Of a stretch of DNA of 64,000 bases, positions 39,808 to 49,630 are shown in pieces. The stretch is taken from IMG/VR virus record IMGVR_UViG_3300010011_000004, positions 1 through 64,000 of that record; one strand, given 5' to 3'. Under the pieces are notes generated by a model. It searched no databases, was not told the origin of the DNA, and saw only the letters and a list, made by a program, of their open reading frames with translations. The position numbers and the translations under genes were made by a program. Every line of letters begins with the position of its first letter. Position 1 is the stretch's first letter. Source of the DNA: a virus (Duplodnaviria; Caudoviricetes).

Positions 39808-40451
39808 TTTCTAAAGTCTTCAGCATATCTATGAATTTCTTCGTTTTTATCGACGACTATTTCTATACATTTGCCGCCAATGATATTATTTCTAATTATA
39901 ATATCAATTTCTTCTTTTAATTTTTTAAGTACTTCATTAAACAGTACTGGCTTGGAATATATTCCAACTTCACTCCATAAGCGAACTAGTTTTAATTGCC
40001 TATTTTGGCAGAGTTCGTCTTTTTTTATTTTGTCATTTAGCTGTCTTTTCTGCACAACTCTTTTGAGCGCACCTTTTTTCTTGCGAGTATAGTGAAGTAC
40101 TCCATTGTATTCAATAAAAATTGGATCTGTAAATTCTACACACATATCTATCTCATATGGAGGATATACATCTTTCAGATTATGCTTTATTACGAATTGT
40201 GGATATTGTAAAGTTAGAAATGCATATATTGCTTTTTCAGTTTGAGATGAGAATTCTTCATCTGTTTTCAGAACATCGTTCGTTTCTTCAATATATGAAT
40301 TCTTGCATTTCTTGCTGCAGAATTTCTTCTGCGCGTCATACTGCTTATAAAATTTCTTAAATGAGAGTGGTTTTCCGCAGTAATAACAAACAATCGGATG
40401 TCTATCATAATTTTTTTCAAGGTCTTCAATAAAGTCAAATTTGGTACTCAC
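39804..40451 (-). CDS. Free-standing putative homing endonuclease (Zn-binding N-term plus Vsr/DUF559-like PD-(D/E)XK domain)
   Basis: CYYCGKP...FCSKKC, then YEIDM...IFIEYNGVLHY and LVRLW; GTG at 40451 with GGAG RBS. Confidence 0.7.
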   Translation of the reverse strand: MSTKFDFIEDLEKNYDRHPIVCYYCGKPLSFKKFYKQYDAQKKFCSKKCKNSYIEETNDVLKTDEEFSSQTEKAIYAFLTLQYPQFVIKHNLKDVYPPYEIDMCVEFTDPIFIEYNGVLHYTRKKKGALKRVVQKRQLNDKIKKDELCQNRQLKLVRLWSEVGIYSKPVLFNEVLKKLKEEIDIIIRNNIIGGKCIEIVVDKNEEIHRYAEDFRN

Positions 40452-40567
40452 ATAATCAACTCCGATCAAGAAAATCGATCATCTAAATAAGTATTTTGGA
40501 AAGTTATTTTTACAGCTACGATCATTTATTTTTAAATTTATAATTTAACACGAGGAGTGGTACGTAA

Positions 40568-41875
40568 ATGTCTGTTATAAATGATCAAGTTTCTTTTAAA
40601 AATTTGTATAAGGAATTGTTCGGCGAACCTTCGCCATTAAATGAAAGAAAAGATATAGATGTAAATGCTTTAGAAGTTATGAAGCTAAGATATTTTATTG
40701 ATTTACCTGACGGACAAAAAGAAAGTAGCTTTTCACAGCTTTGTAGAAGGGTCGCCAGAGTAGTTGCTTCAGGTGAATATAGAGATGATATGCCAGATGA
40801 AGATTTAAATTACATACTTAATATTGAGGAAAGTATATATAACGATATGATGAGCCATAGATTTTTATTTAACTCTCCAGCGTTATTTTCTGCTGGTACT
40901 GGTATAAGTGCTAATAAAAATCTGAGCAATTATCTCTATAAGCCGCTTACCCGTGGTAATTATTCTGAAATAAGAGAAACATATGAAAAAATATCTAAGA
41001 ATTATAGCAGAAACCAAATGATGTTCGCATGCTTTACTATTGAAGTTCCAGATTCGATCGAAGGAATATTTGACAGCGTAAAAAATGCTGCCATTATTTC
41101 TAAATTTGGTGGTGGTGTAGGAGCTAATTTTGGATCATTGAGAGAAAAAGGAGCTCCAATAGCTGGTGGTTGTGGTGGTCAAGCTTCTGGTCCTGTATCT
41201 TTCATGCAGAACTGGAATACTATGGGATCGACTGTCGTACAAGGTGGTAAAAGACGAGCTGCTCTAATGGGTATGCTCAACGTTCATCATCCTGATATCG
41301 AAGAATTTATCTCATGCAAAGAAAACGACGGCAATTTAAGTTATTTCAACATTTCGGTCGCTATAGATGACAAATTTATGAATGCCGTTAAGAATGACGA
41401 GATGTATGATCTTATCTCTCCTAATACTGGTAGAGTTGTAAAGACCGTGAGAGCTAGAGATCTTTGGAAAAAAATATGTACCAATGCCCATAAAAATGGA
41501 GATCCAGGTGTCTTCTTTATTGACATAGCTAACCGGGATAACCTGCTTAAAAATGATAGAAAATACTATATTGAATCGACAAATCCATGTTTAACCGGAG
41601 ATACTTTAGTAATTACAAAAGATGGGGAAAAACGAATTGATAAAATAACGACTGAAGATTATGTTTTAACAGCTGATACTGAAACAAAAGAGTTATCATA
41701 CGAAAAAGTTGAATTTAGTGGTTGTACTAAAAGAAATGCAAACATAATAGAAATAGAATTAGAAGATGGAAAAATTTTAAGATTAACTCCAGATCATAAA
41801 GTTTTTACTGAGAACCGAGGGTATGTAGAAGCTAGTCAGCTTTTAGATACTGATGTTATAGTTATAGTCGAATAG
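40568..41875 (+). CDS. nrdJ: Class II ribonucleotide reductase N-fragment fused to split-intein N-half (Int-N 41588-41872, 95 aa)
   Basis: FLFNSPAL, ACFT, GGGVG.NF..LR, ASGPVSF, QGGKRRAA, HPDI.EFI, GDPGVFF, ESTNP|CLTGDTLV...TPDHKVFT...stop. Confidence 0.95.
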   Translation: MSVINDQVSFKNLYKELFGEPSPLNERKDIDVNALEVMKLRYFIDLPDGQKESSFSQLCRRVARVVASGEYRDDMPDEDLNYILNIEESIYNDMMSHRFLFNSPALFSAGTGISANKNLSNYLYKPLTRGNYSEIRETYEKISKNYSRNQMMFACFTIEVPDSIEGIFDSVKNAAIISKFGGGVGANFGSLREKGAPIAGGCGGQASGPVSFMQNWNTMGSTVVQGGKRRAALMGMLNVHHPDIEEFISCKENDGNLSYFNISVAIDDKFMNAVKNDEMYDLISPNTGRVVKTVRARDLWKKICTNAHKNGDPGVFFIDIANRDNLLKNDRKYYIESTNPCLTGDTLVITKDGEKRIDKITTEDYVLTADTETKELSYEKVEFSGCTKRNANIIEIELEDGKILRLTPDHKVFTENRGYVEASQLLDTDVIVIVE

Positions 41876-41885
41876 TGTTATAACA

Positions 41886-41956
41886 CATGGATTCATACAA
41901 AATTAAACTTAATTATATAAGATCTTATAATTAGGAGAGATTTGTATGAATCCATG
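41886..41956 (+). promoter_or_regulatory. RNA hairpin sequestering the RBS and ATG of the intervening endonuclease gene
   Basis: Perfect 16-bp inverted repeat CATGGATTCATACAAA (41886-41901) / TTTGTATGAATCCATG (41941-41956) covers ATG 41946; inner TAATTATA/TATAATTA stem abuts AGGAG. Confidence 0.8.
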
Positions 41957-42695
41957 GAATATTAAAATGAATATAGATTTTGATCCTGAAATTAAAAAAA
42001 GAATATTAGAATATTATAATAAAATTATTAGTTATGGCAGGAGTTCAAAAAGAAAAGAAGCTTTAAAATATATTCAATTAGATTCAGAAGCAGTTGAATA
42101 TTTAACTAAAAAATATGTTCATGAACAATATGGTTATAAAATGTTAGGAAGAGCTTTAGATTTATCATATTCTAGAGTTAGAGTGTTAATAAAAGATTAT
42201 TTGAAAATTGAGGTTAGAACAGGATATAAGGTTGTTACGGATAGAGTTAAAAAGTTTAGATCAGACAGAGTTAAAGGAGATTTAAATCCATGGGCCCATA
42301 TATTACCACATCAGATAAAAAATCAAAGAAGTATACAGGGTTTTTATATTAAAAAAGATGGTACTAAAATATGGCTTAGATCAACATGGGAGTATATATA
42401 TGCTAAATGGTTAGAAAAAAATAATATTAATTTTACTGTAGAAACATTTAAATTTAAACTTTCTAATAATGAATTTTATATACCTGACTTTTTTATTTAT
42501 GATTCATTTGGAAATATAGATTTTATAGTTGAAATAAAAGGTTATAAATCTAGAATGTATAAAACTGAAATGTTTAAAAATGAATATCCTGAGTATAAAC
42601 TGATTATTATTACTAATATATCTTCATATTGTAAAAACTATAAAACGGAGGTACAAACATGGAGAAATCTTTGTCAATTAAATCATGTAAAATAA
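41946..42695 (+). CDS. Free-standing PD-(D/E)XK endonuclease between the nrdJ halves (putative homing endonuclease)
   Basis: LRSTWE..YAKWLE, YIPDFFI, IVEIKGY; basic N-terminal region. Confidence 0.8.
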   Translation: MNPWNIKMNIDFDPEIKKRILEYYNKIISYGRSSKRKEALKYIQLDSEAVEYLTKKYVHEQYGYKMLGRALDLSYSRVRVLIKDYLKIEVRTGYKVVTDRVKKFRSDRVKGDLNPWAHILPHQIKNQRSIQGFYIKKDGTKIWLRSTWEYIYAKWLEKNNINFTVETFKFKLSNNEFYIPDFFIYDSFGNIDFIVEIKGYKSRMYKTEMFKNEYPEYKLIIITNISSYCKNYKTEVQTWRNLCQLNHVK

Positions 42696-44350
42696 AAAGG
42701 ATTAGAGTAGTAGAAAATGAAGATGTTTATGACATTAGAGTTAAAAAGAATCATAATTTTTTTGCTAATGGAATTTTAGTACATAATTGTGGAGAGCAGC
42801 CATTACCAAATGATTCAAGCTGCAATTTAGGATCGATTAATTTAGCTGAATTCGTCGATCCAACGTATGGATTTAATTATAAAGAATTTGAAAACCAGAT
42901 CTTGAGGGCGATGTATTATTTAGATCTGGTTATAGACGTAACTAGTTATCCACTTAAAAAAATAGAGAAGAATACAAAAGATATCCGTCCGGTTGGATTG
43001 GGTATTATGGGTTTGGCTGATGCTTGCATTTTGATGGGTATTAAATACGGATCGAGAGATTTTGAGATGTTCGTCGAAAGAATAGCGATAACATTAGCTT
43101 CTTGTTCGCTTATTGCTACGGTATCAATGGCAGCAATGAAAGGACCATATCCTCATTTTGATGATGAATTCGGTGAGAGAAAATACCTGAACAGTGTGCT
43201 TAAAGCTGAAGATATAACTGAAGATAATATAGATGATTTAATAACAAATAAGATATATAATGATACTGATTTTCCTATATCATTTAAAAAAGCAATTATA
43301 ACCAGCTATTTAGACATTAAATCTAAGGCTGGAATTAAAAAAGCTGTAGAATTTTTTAAGCATCTATTTTCAACTAAACCAGGTAAAGGAGGATTGAGAA
43401 ATTCTAGAAGATTATCAATAGCTCCAACAGGAACGATATCATTGCTTTTGAATACAAGCTCTGGTATTGAGCCTAATTTTTCATATGAATGGACACGACA
43501 AGTTACTTTATCTCCTAATGAAAAACGACAGCTAACGTATTATCATAGGTTTTATACTCCGCAGAACAAAGAGAAAGGCTTATTAGTTACAGCGCATGAT
43601 ATATCACCTGAACAACATGCTAGAGTAGTGTCTATATTTGCTCCTTATATTGATAGCGCTATAAGTAAGACGGTTAATATGCCGCATGATGCGACTGTAG
43701 AAGATGTTGAAAAGGTATATGAATACTGCTTCGAACACGGAATAAAAGGAATTACAATTTACAGAGATGGTTCTCGAGATGAACAGCCGATCAAAAAGAT
43801 TGAGACAGAAAATGATCCCGGTAAGAAGGCGAAAATCAAATCAAGACCTAAATTTATGCAAGGAGTTACTACTAAATCAGATTCGCCATACGGATCGATT
43901 TATGTAACAGCTAATTTTGATGATGAAGGTAAAATGTTTGAGACGTTCATTTCTGCCGGCAAGTCCGGGAGTGTATCCAAATCTATAACTGAAGCTTTAA
44001 GCAGAGTAATAAGTTTAGCTTTAAGGGCAGGTGTAGATATAGAAGATCTGATTAGCACTATTAATAATATATCGGGTTCTGAAGTTTGGGTATATGATTC
44101 TTTAGACGGCGAAGAGATCGTAGTTAAAAGTATTCCAGATGCTGTAGGAAAAATGCTTAGGGATTTAAATAATTATTACACAATGCTTTTTAAGAAAGAT
44201 TCAACAGCTAGAAGCAATCAACCTACCAATTCAAATAACAGTAAGACTTTTGGCCATTATCGCAGTTCCTGCCCAGAATGTGGATCATTTATGATACCCG
44301 CATCTGGATGCGCTGTTTGTCCTAATTGCGGATATTCGGATTGTAAATAA
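42659..44350 (+). CDS. nrdJ: Split-intein C-half (42659-42787, 43 aa) fused to class II RNR C-fragment
   Basis: Own RBS GGAGGT; EDVYDIRV...NHNFFANGILVHN|CGEQPL...SCNLGSINL, RPVGLGIMG, IAPTGTIS, SSGIEP, SAISKTVN, KGITIYRDGSR, TSCPD-like domain and C-terminal zinc ribbon. Confidence 0.95.
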   Translation: MEKSLSIKSCKIKRIRVVENEDVYDIRVKKNHNFFANGILVHNCGEQPLPNDSSCNLGSINLAEFVDPTYGFNYKEFENQILRAMYYLDLVIDVTSYPLKKIEKNTKDIRPVGLGIMGLADACILMGIKYGSRDFEMFVERIAITLASCSLIATVSMAAMKGPYPHFDDEFGERKYLNSVLKAEDITEDNIDDLITNKIYNDTDFPISFKKAIITSYLDIKSKAGIKKAVEFFKHLFSTKPGKGGLRNSRRLSIAPTGTISLLLNTSSGIEPNFSYEWTRQVTLSPNEKRQLTYYHRFYTPQNKEKGLLVTAHDISPEQHARVVSIFAPYIDSAISKTVNMPHDATVEDVEKVYEYCFEHGIKGITIYRDGSRDEQPIKKIETENDPGKKAKIKSRPKFMQGVTTKSDSPYGSIYVTANFDDEGKMFETFISAGKSGSVSKSITEALSRVISLALRAGVDIEDLISTINNISGSEVWVYDSLDGEEIVVKSIPDAVGKMLRDLNNYYTMLFKKDSTARSNQPTNSNNSKTFGHYRSSCPECGSFMIPASGCAVCPNCGYSDCK

Positions 44351-44369
44351 TTAGAAGGAGGTCATAAAG

Positions 44370-44735
44370 ATGGGTAGTCGTACGAAAACTAAATCAAGAC
44401 AAAAAGAAATAACTAATGTTTCTAAATTAAGCAATAAAGTTATGACATTAGAATCAAATCTTTCAGAGACAGAAGTTTCAGTATTCCAATCAGTTGTAAG
44501 GTTAGAAGCTCTGATTAAAATGTTGATCGAAAAAAATATAATTGATCAAGAAGAATTTTTTGATTATGTCGAAAAAACAGTTGAATTTTACCGATCACAA
44601 GCTGCTGTAGAGGATACGTCATCAGATAGTGATGTTCAAAAACGAGTTCCTGGTACTGGTAAAATGAAAATAGAAGTCTTGGATATATCACCAGAATCAA
44701 AAGATGGTGAATTTCAAGAAGATTATGATATATAA
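44370..44735 (+). CDS. Hypothetical protein
   Basis: 121-aa ORF with RBS AAGGAGG. Confidence 0.6.
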   Translation: MGSRTKTKSRQKEITNVSKLSNKVMTLESNLSETEVSVFQSVVRLEALIKMLIEKNIIDQEEFFDYVEKTVEFYRSQAAVEDTSSDSDVQKRVPGTGKMKIEVLDISPESKDGEFQEDYDI

Positions 44736-44773
44736 ATATCAGATAGCGATTTTTTAATTATTGTAAAATAAAT

Positions 44774-44802
44774 GTAAACCACCTTTTGGTGGTTTACTTT
44801 TT
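44774..44802 (+). terminator. Intrinsic terminator
   Basis: GTAAACCACC-TTTT-GGTGGTTTAC then T5. Confidence 0.85.
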
Positions 44803-44858
44803 ATTGGATGCGTGATATAATATATAAATGTAAATATATTTGGAAAGGTCGGGTTTTC

Positions 44859-47702
44859 ATGGTTAGAAAAATCAGTTTTTTACCGACAAAGGTAAAATAT
44901 AACAGTAAAAATAAATGTATTGATATGTATTATAGGACGAAAGGGGCAAACAAGTTAAATCATGTTTCTGTTCCTTTCGATCATTATATATACATGTCGA
45001 CAAAGTTTAGAAAATACGGCATTAATGATGTTGTGTATAAACATTTAAACACAGATGAAGATATGGTAAAAGTATATATCAATCCAGATGAAGCTTATAA
45101 TCTTTACAAAACATCTAATATGCAGCATGGTGAAGCTGATGTATCGCCAGAACAAAGATTTATGTGCGATACATTTTATGATGTTGAATTTCCATCCAGT
45201 ATATCTCCAAGAATATATTATTTGGATATTGAAGCGTATGTTACTGACGGAAATATGCCAAGTTTTAAGAATAATTTGGCAGATATATCTGCTATCACTA
45301 TATATGATAATTACACAAATAAATATTATTGCTGGTTCTTGGTGCCGAAAAATATAACTAAAGATGTGGCGCCAATGCAGTCAGATATAGAAAATGAAGT
45401 TAAAGAGTACGGAGACGCTGAAATATATCTATTTAATAGTCCAAAACCACTGCTTGTTTCTTTCATTCAATTTGTTGTTAAGGAATGCCCAGATATTATC
45501 ACTGCATGGAACAGTAAGTTTGATATTCCATACATATGTCGTAAAATTATTGATTATGTTGGTGTGGAAGGATTGAGGATGTTAAGCCCGTTTGGTACGA
45601 TCAGCTCTAAAATCAAATATGCTTTAGAAAATGATACAGATTTGGAAATTGATACTGTTATTCCTGGTATTGATATTATAGATATGCTTACACTTTATAA
45701 AAAATATACTGATACTGAAAAGCCTTCATATGCATTGAAATTCATAGCTGAAGAAGAGCTCGGCGAATCAAAATTGGTAAATGGTGATGATGATGAAGAT
45801 TACGTCGATCTCTCTGATCTGTATTTAAATAATTTTGTTAAATTTTGTAAATATAATGTACAAGACGTCAGATTGCTAACTATGCTAGAAGACAAATTAA
45901 AAATACTTAATCTCGCCATAACTATCAGAAATATATCCAAGATAAATTTCCAAGATATATTCTTTGAGACCAGAATAATAGACAACTTGTTGCTGATGGA
46001 AGCAGTCAGACGTAGAGAAACAGAAGGTTGGAGATATGTTTTACCTTCCAAGCCGAAGTATATAACTAAGGGCAAATATCTCGGCGCATATGTAAAACCA
46101 CCGTTGAAGGGTTTGTTTAAATGGGTATCAGATCTAGATTTTAAATCACTGTATCCATCTATAGTTAAAACATTTATGCTTTCTTCTGAGTCTTTAGTAG
46201 GAAAAATAGACTGTTATCAACAAGTTGTTGCTTATACAGTAGCGAAAGTATTAGGCATCAACGATTTATTATATATTAAAGAAGAGTTATTACCAAGATA
46301 TTTGCAATATGATGTCAGATTACTTAAAGATATAGAAAATGATGATATAGATTTACAGTTAATCGACAAAAAGAATATTGATATGGAAGTTGAGTATTAC
46401 GAACTCTATAAAAATCGCGGTTTTCCGACAAAATTCGAAAATCTGAAAGATCTAAGGAAATGGTTGAAAGATAATAACTATTGCCTTCTGCCAAATGGTT
46501 TAATAGTCGATCAAAATAAGAGCGATGCTATTATCGCTAAAATTATCGATGATATTATGAAGTCAAGAGAGAAATACAAGAAACTCATGCTAAATCATTT
46601 AGCGAATGGTAATACTAATCTTTATAATATATATAATACATATCAAACTGCTGTTAAAATCATTAATAATTCGGTATACGGCGCAACAGCCAATGAAAAT
46701 TTCAGACTTTACAATTTGGATATATCAGAAGGTATCACAACATCAGGACAGCTACTTATTCGTACATGTACTTATCTGATGAATAAATATTTAAACAATA
46801 AAGCTCAGTATACGGAAGAAAAAGATTTTGTTATAACAAATGATACTGATTCAATCATATTCACTATAGCCGATTTTGTTAAATATGATACAACAGTTAG
46901 AGATCCGGAGGTCTTAAAAGAGATAGCTTCGATATCGAAAGAATGTCAAGATTACATTAATGAGTCGATGCTCTGGATTTGCAAAGATTTGTTTTATAAA
47001 TCCAACATCAATAAATCTAACAATTTCTTGACTATAAAGAACGAATGGCTGGCTGACACCGGAATATTTGTAGCTAAAAAAGCATATGCTATTCACATTA
47101 TATTCAATGAAGGAGTACCAGTAGATAAGTTGAAATCGGTCGGGATATCACTTAGAAGGTCCAGCACACCTAAAGCGCTAAAACCGTTTATTGAGAAAGT
47201 TTTATTAAGTATATTGCAGTTAAAAAGTAAGGAAGAAATTGACGCAATAATTATAGAAGAATGTAATAAATTAAAGAATGAATATCATATAAAAGATATT
47301 GCTCTTCCTATATCTGTGAATAATATCGATTCATATGTTAAAAATCTGCCGGTACATATAAGAGGAGCTAGAGTGTGGAATGAATACTTTGCTGAAAAAG
47401 AAACCGATAAAATAAAGACCGGCAAAGTTAAATACATATACGTTAAGAAGTGGAAAAATCCTGAGTTAAATATAAAGAAAGAGTATGTTATTTCAGTTCC
47501 TGATGAAGGTTGTTATTGGCACCTGATCGCTGATAAATTCACTGTAGATTATGATAAGATGAAAGAAAGGCTGATCATTAAACCAGTAGAATCATTTTAT
47601 AATGCATTAAACTGGCAGCTGCCATTTGAAGTTACATCGAACAGCAGCGGTGTATTCAATAAAATAGCTGGTAAGAAGCGTAATAAAATAAAATTAATCT
47701 AG
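44859..47702 (+). CDS. gp43: Family B DNA polymerase (gp43-like)
   Basis: Exo motifs LDIEA, AWNSKFDIPY, YNVQDV; polymerase motifs DLDFKSLYPS, KIINNSVYG, TNDTDSI, KKAYA. No intein seen. Confidence 0.97.
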   Translation: MVRKISFLPTKVKYNSKNKCIDMYYRTKGANKLNHVSVPFDHYIYMSTKFRKYGINDVVYKHLNTDEDMVKVYINPDEAYNLYKTSNMQHGEADVSPEQRFMCDTFYDVEFPSSISPRIYYLDIEAYVTDGNMPSFKNNLADISAITIYDNYTNKYYCWFLVPKNITKDVAPMQSDIENEVKEYGDAEIYLFNSPKPLLVSFIQFVVKECPDIITAWNSKFDIPYICRKIIDYVGVEGLRMLSPFGTISSKIKYALENDTDLEIDTVIPGIDIIDMLTLYKKYTDTEKPSYALKFIAEEELGESKLVNGDDDEDYVDLSDLYLNNFVKFCKYNVQDVRLLTMLEDKLKILNLAITIRNISKINFQDIFFETRIIDNLLLMEAVRRRETEGWRYVLPSKPKYITKGKYLGAYVKPPLKGLFKWVSDLDFKSLYPSIVKTFMLSSESLVGKIDCYQQVVAYTVAKVLGINDLLYIKEELLPRYLQYDVRLLKDIENDDIDLQLIDKKNIDMEVEYYELYKNRGFPTKFENLKDLRKWLKDNNYCLLPNGLIVDQNKSDAIIAKIIDDIMKSREKYKKLMLNHLANGNTNLYNIYNTYQTAVKIINNSVYGATANENFRLYNLDISEGITTSGQLLIRTCTYLMNKYLNNKAQYTEEKDFVITNDTDSIIFTIADFVKYDTTVRDPEVLKEIASISKECQDYINESMLWICKDLFYKSNINKSNNFLTIKNEWLADTGIFVAKKAYAIHIIFNEGVPVDKLKSVGISLRRSSTPKALKPFIEKVLLSILQLKSKEEIDAIIIEECNKLKNEYHIKDIALPISVNNIDSYVKNLPVHIRGARVWNEYFAEKETDKIKTGKVKYIYVKKWKNPELNIKKEYVISVPDEGCYWHLIADKFTVDYDKMKERLIIKPVESFYNALNWQLPFEVTSNSSGVFNKIAGKKRNKIKLI

Positions 47703-47735
47703 ATAAGGTAAGATAGAATATAAGGAGGAAATAAA

Positions 47736-48239
47736 ATGACACAAAAATTTATTATCCATGAAGATTGTGAGTTATATACATCACACGGCAGTGTTAGCAT
47801 GCCTGTTATATTTAATGCTTTCAAGAAGGGCGCGCTGACACCTGATTTTAAAGTCGCTGGCTTTAAGCCGCAAGGAGAAGAAACTTCAAATATATTGGAC
47901 GTTAAAGATATATATGCCGCTACTGGTAAATTAATACGAGTTTCTGGTGCCGGTTTACGCGATCATAATATTATAATATATCCTTATCATAAGATTATGA
48001 ACATTGAAGGAAAAGCTGTAGAAGTTACGAGCTTAAAACCAAACGATGTAACTATATCTATGAATGGATTTTTAACTATTGGATTTATAGCTGATCTTGG
48101 AGAAAAAGAAATGCAGAAATTCTATCTTGTTGAATTAAATGACAATATGAAAACGTTATTTGTAAGTAATGTCATCTTATTTTCACTTGAGGAGAGTAAA
48201 AAGGAAGACCCTTTTTTCGATCAAACATCACCAGATTAA
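47736..48239 (+). CDS. Stand-alone Hint-fold protein lacking splicing residues
   Basis: IIHEDCELYTSHG (block A, no Cys1), IYPYHKIM...EVTSLKPND (block B), FYLVEL...TLFVSNVILFS (blocks F/G, no His-Asn). Confidence 0.6.
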   Translation: MTQKFIIHEDCELYTSHGSVSMPVIFNAFKKGALTPDFKVAGFKPQGEETSNILDVKDIYAATGKLIRVSGAGLRDHNIIIYPYHKIMNIEGKAVEVTSLKPNDVTISMNGFLTIGFIADLGEKEMQKFYLVELNDNMKTLFVSNVILFSLEESKKEDPFFDQTSPD

Positions 48240-48256
48240 AAAGGTGGATCCATAAT

Positions 48257-48790
48257 ATGGTTAATGATGCAACAAAATCATACATAGTTATTGATGATTA
48301 CAAAGTAGCTAGCACTAAAAAATTATCACCTAATTTTATGGCCAAAGATTTCAGATGTGGTCATTGCGGTACATTAGTATTAAATGAGGATCTACTTAAC
48401 AGACTAGAAAAATTAGTATCTAATATTGGACCGATTAAAATAATACAAGGCTATCGATGCCCTGATTTTAATAAAGTCATTGGATCATATGAAGATAGCC
48501 CACATGTCAAAGGTGAAGCCGCTGATTTTATTATAAATAGTAAATTGAATGGATTTGAAACGTTTCTTAAAACTAAAAATATTTTTAATCATGTTGGATT
48601 TAATCAATTTAGATTCAATAGAAAGCTTTCTTATATACATGTAGATGTAGGAGAAAAACCGTTATATTGGATGTCGTATTACGATGATTATCTGAAAAAG
48701 AGAGTTTATATTTATTTTAATACTTTAGATCACATGATTGCTGCCATGGAAAAAGATAAGCAGCATGATTGGTTTAATATGGTGATATAA
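48257..48790 (+). CDS. Peptidase M15A-family protein (endolysin candidate)
   Basis: LSPNF...DFRC, GYRCPDFN, SPHVKGEAAD, YIHVD. Confidence 0.88.
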   Translation: MVNDATKSYIVIDDYKVASTKKLSPNFMAKDFRCGHCGTLVLNEDLLNRLEKLVSNIGPIKIIQGYRCPDFNKVIGSYEDSPHVKGEAADFIINSKLNGFETFLKTKNIFNHVGFNQFRFNRKLSYIHVDVGEKPLYWMSYYDDYLKKRVYIYFNTLDHMIAAMEKDKQHDWFNMVI

Positions 48791-48791
48791 A

Positions 48792-49244
48792 ATGGCAGAA
48801 ATTAATTTTAATGAGTTTTTTCATAATTTATCAGATAAACCGTTATTACGTGAGTATGTGAATGAAATAGTTGAGATGTATGGAATTCCTTGTAAACTAT
48901 TGTCGTGGAAAGGTATTCAAGCAGCGCTAGATCCAATATATCAAGATGCTCCTACATTATTTGATAAAGATATAGATTTATATGATGTTAAAAACACACA
49001 TATCTATGTAGATTATAATCGTTTTAACGCTATACTTAAAGCTTACGGACAAGCTATCGAGCCAGATACAACGATAAATGGAATAATGAAATTTGATGAC
49101 CATCCAAAAGAAGACGATATAGTTGAGCTTAAGCTACCATATGATGATGTACTATATCGATTCAGATTAGGCAGTACTGATGTGCATAAAGATATATGCT
49201 ATAGTGTCGTGTTGAATATCTATCATCAAGATAGAAAGGATTAA
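48792..49244 (+). CDS. Head completion / neck protein (gp14-like)
   Basis: EIVEMYGIPCKL...DPIYQD...PKEDDIVEL pattern. Confidence 0.5.
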   Translation: MAEINFNEFFHNLSDKPLLREYVNEIVEMYGIPCKLLSWKGIQAALDPIYQDAPTLFDKDIDLYDVKNTHIYVDYNRFNAILKAYGQAIEPDTTINGIMKFDDHPKEDDIVELKLPYDDVLYRFRLGSTDVHKDICYSVVLNIYHQDRKD

Positions 49245-49252
49245 GATAACAG

Positions 49253-49630
49253 ATGAATTATAAAAGATTAATCGCTGCTTTAAAATTTAAACAGCAAAGA
49301 AACAGCACATACTTTATTGTAAAATCGAAATTTGAATATAAAAAACAAGAGTTTAAAATATATCCTGGAGGTTTATTATTATTCACCGATATTCCAGCAG
49401 GAGATACCGATTATGTATTTATGAGCATAATATATAAAACTAAACCTCTAAGAAGTAATATTATTATATCAGATAAAGACGAAGGTTTAATTAAGCTTAA
49501 ATACACTGATTTGGCTAATTTAATTATAGCTAAAAAAGTAGAAGCATATTATACTGATAAAAATGCCATGGATAGAGAAATTTATGATATTATTAATGAA
49601 AATAAAGGAGAGATGAATAATGGAGGTTAG
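49253..49630 (+). CDS. Hypothetical protein
   Basis: 125-aa ORF in operon. Confidence 0.55.
   Translation: MNYKRLIAALKFKQQRNSTYFIVKSKFEYKKQEFKIYPGGLLLFTDIPAGDTDYVFMSIIYKTKPLRSNIIISDKDEGLIKLKYTDLANLIIAKKVEAYYTDKNAMDREIYDIINENKGEMNNGG

Noticed and set aside
44859-47702. Intein or intron within the DNA polymerase
   Set aside because: Motifs are continuous at normal spacing; the Hint-like ORF follows a stop codon and has its own RBS.
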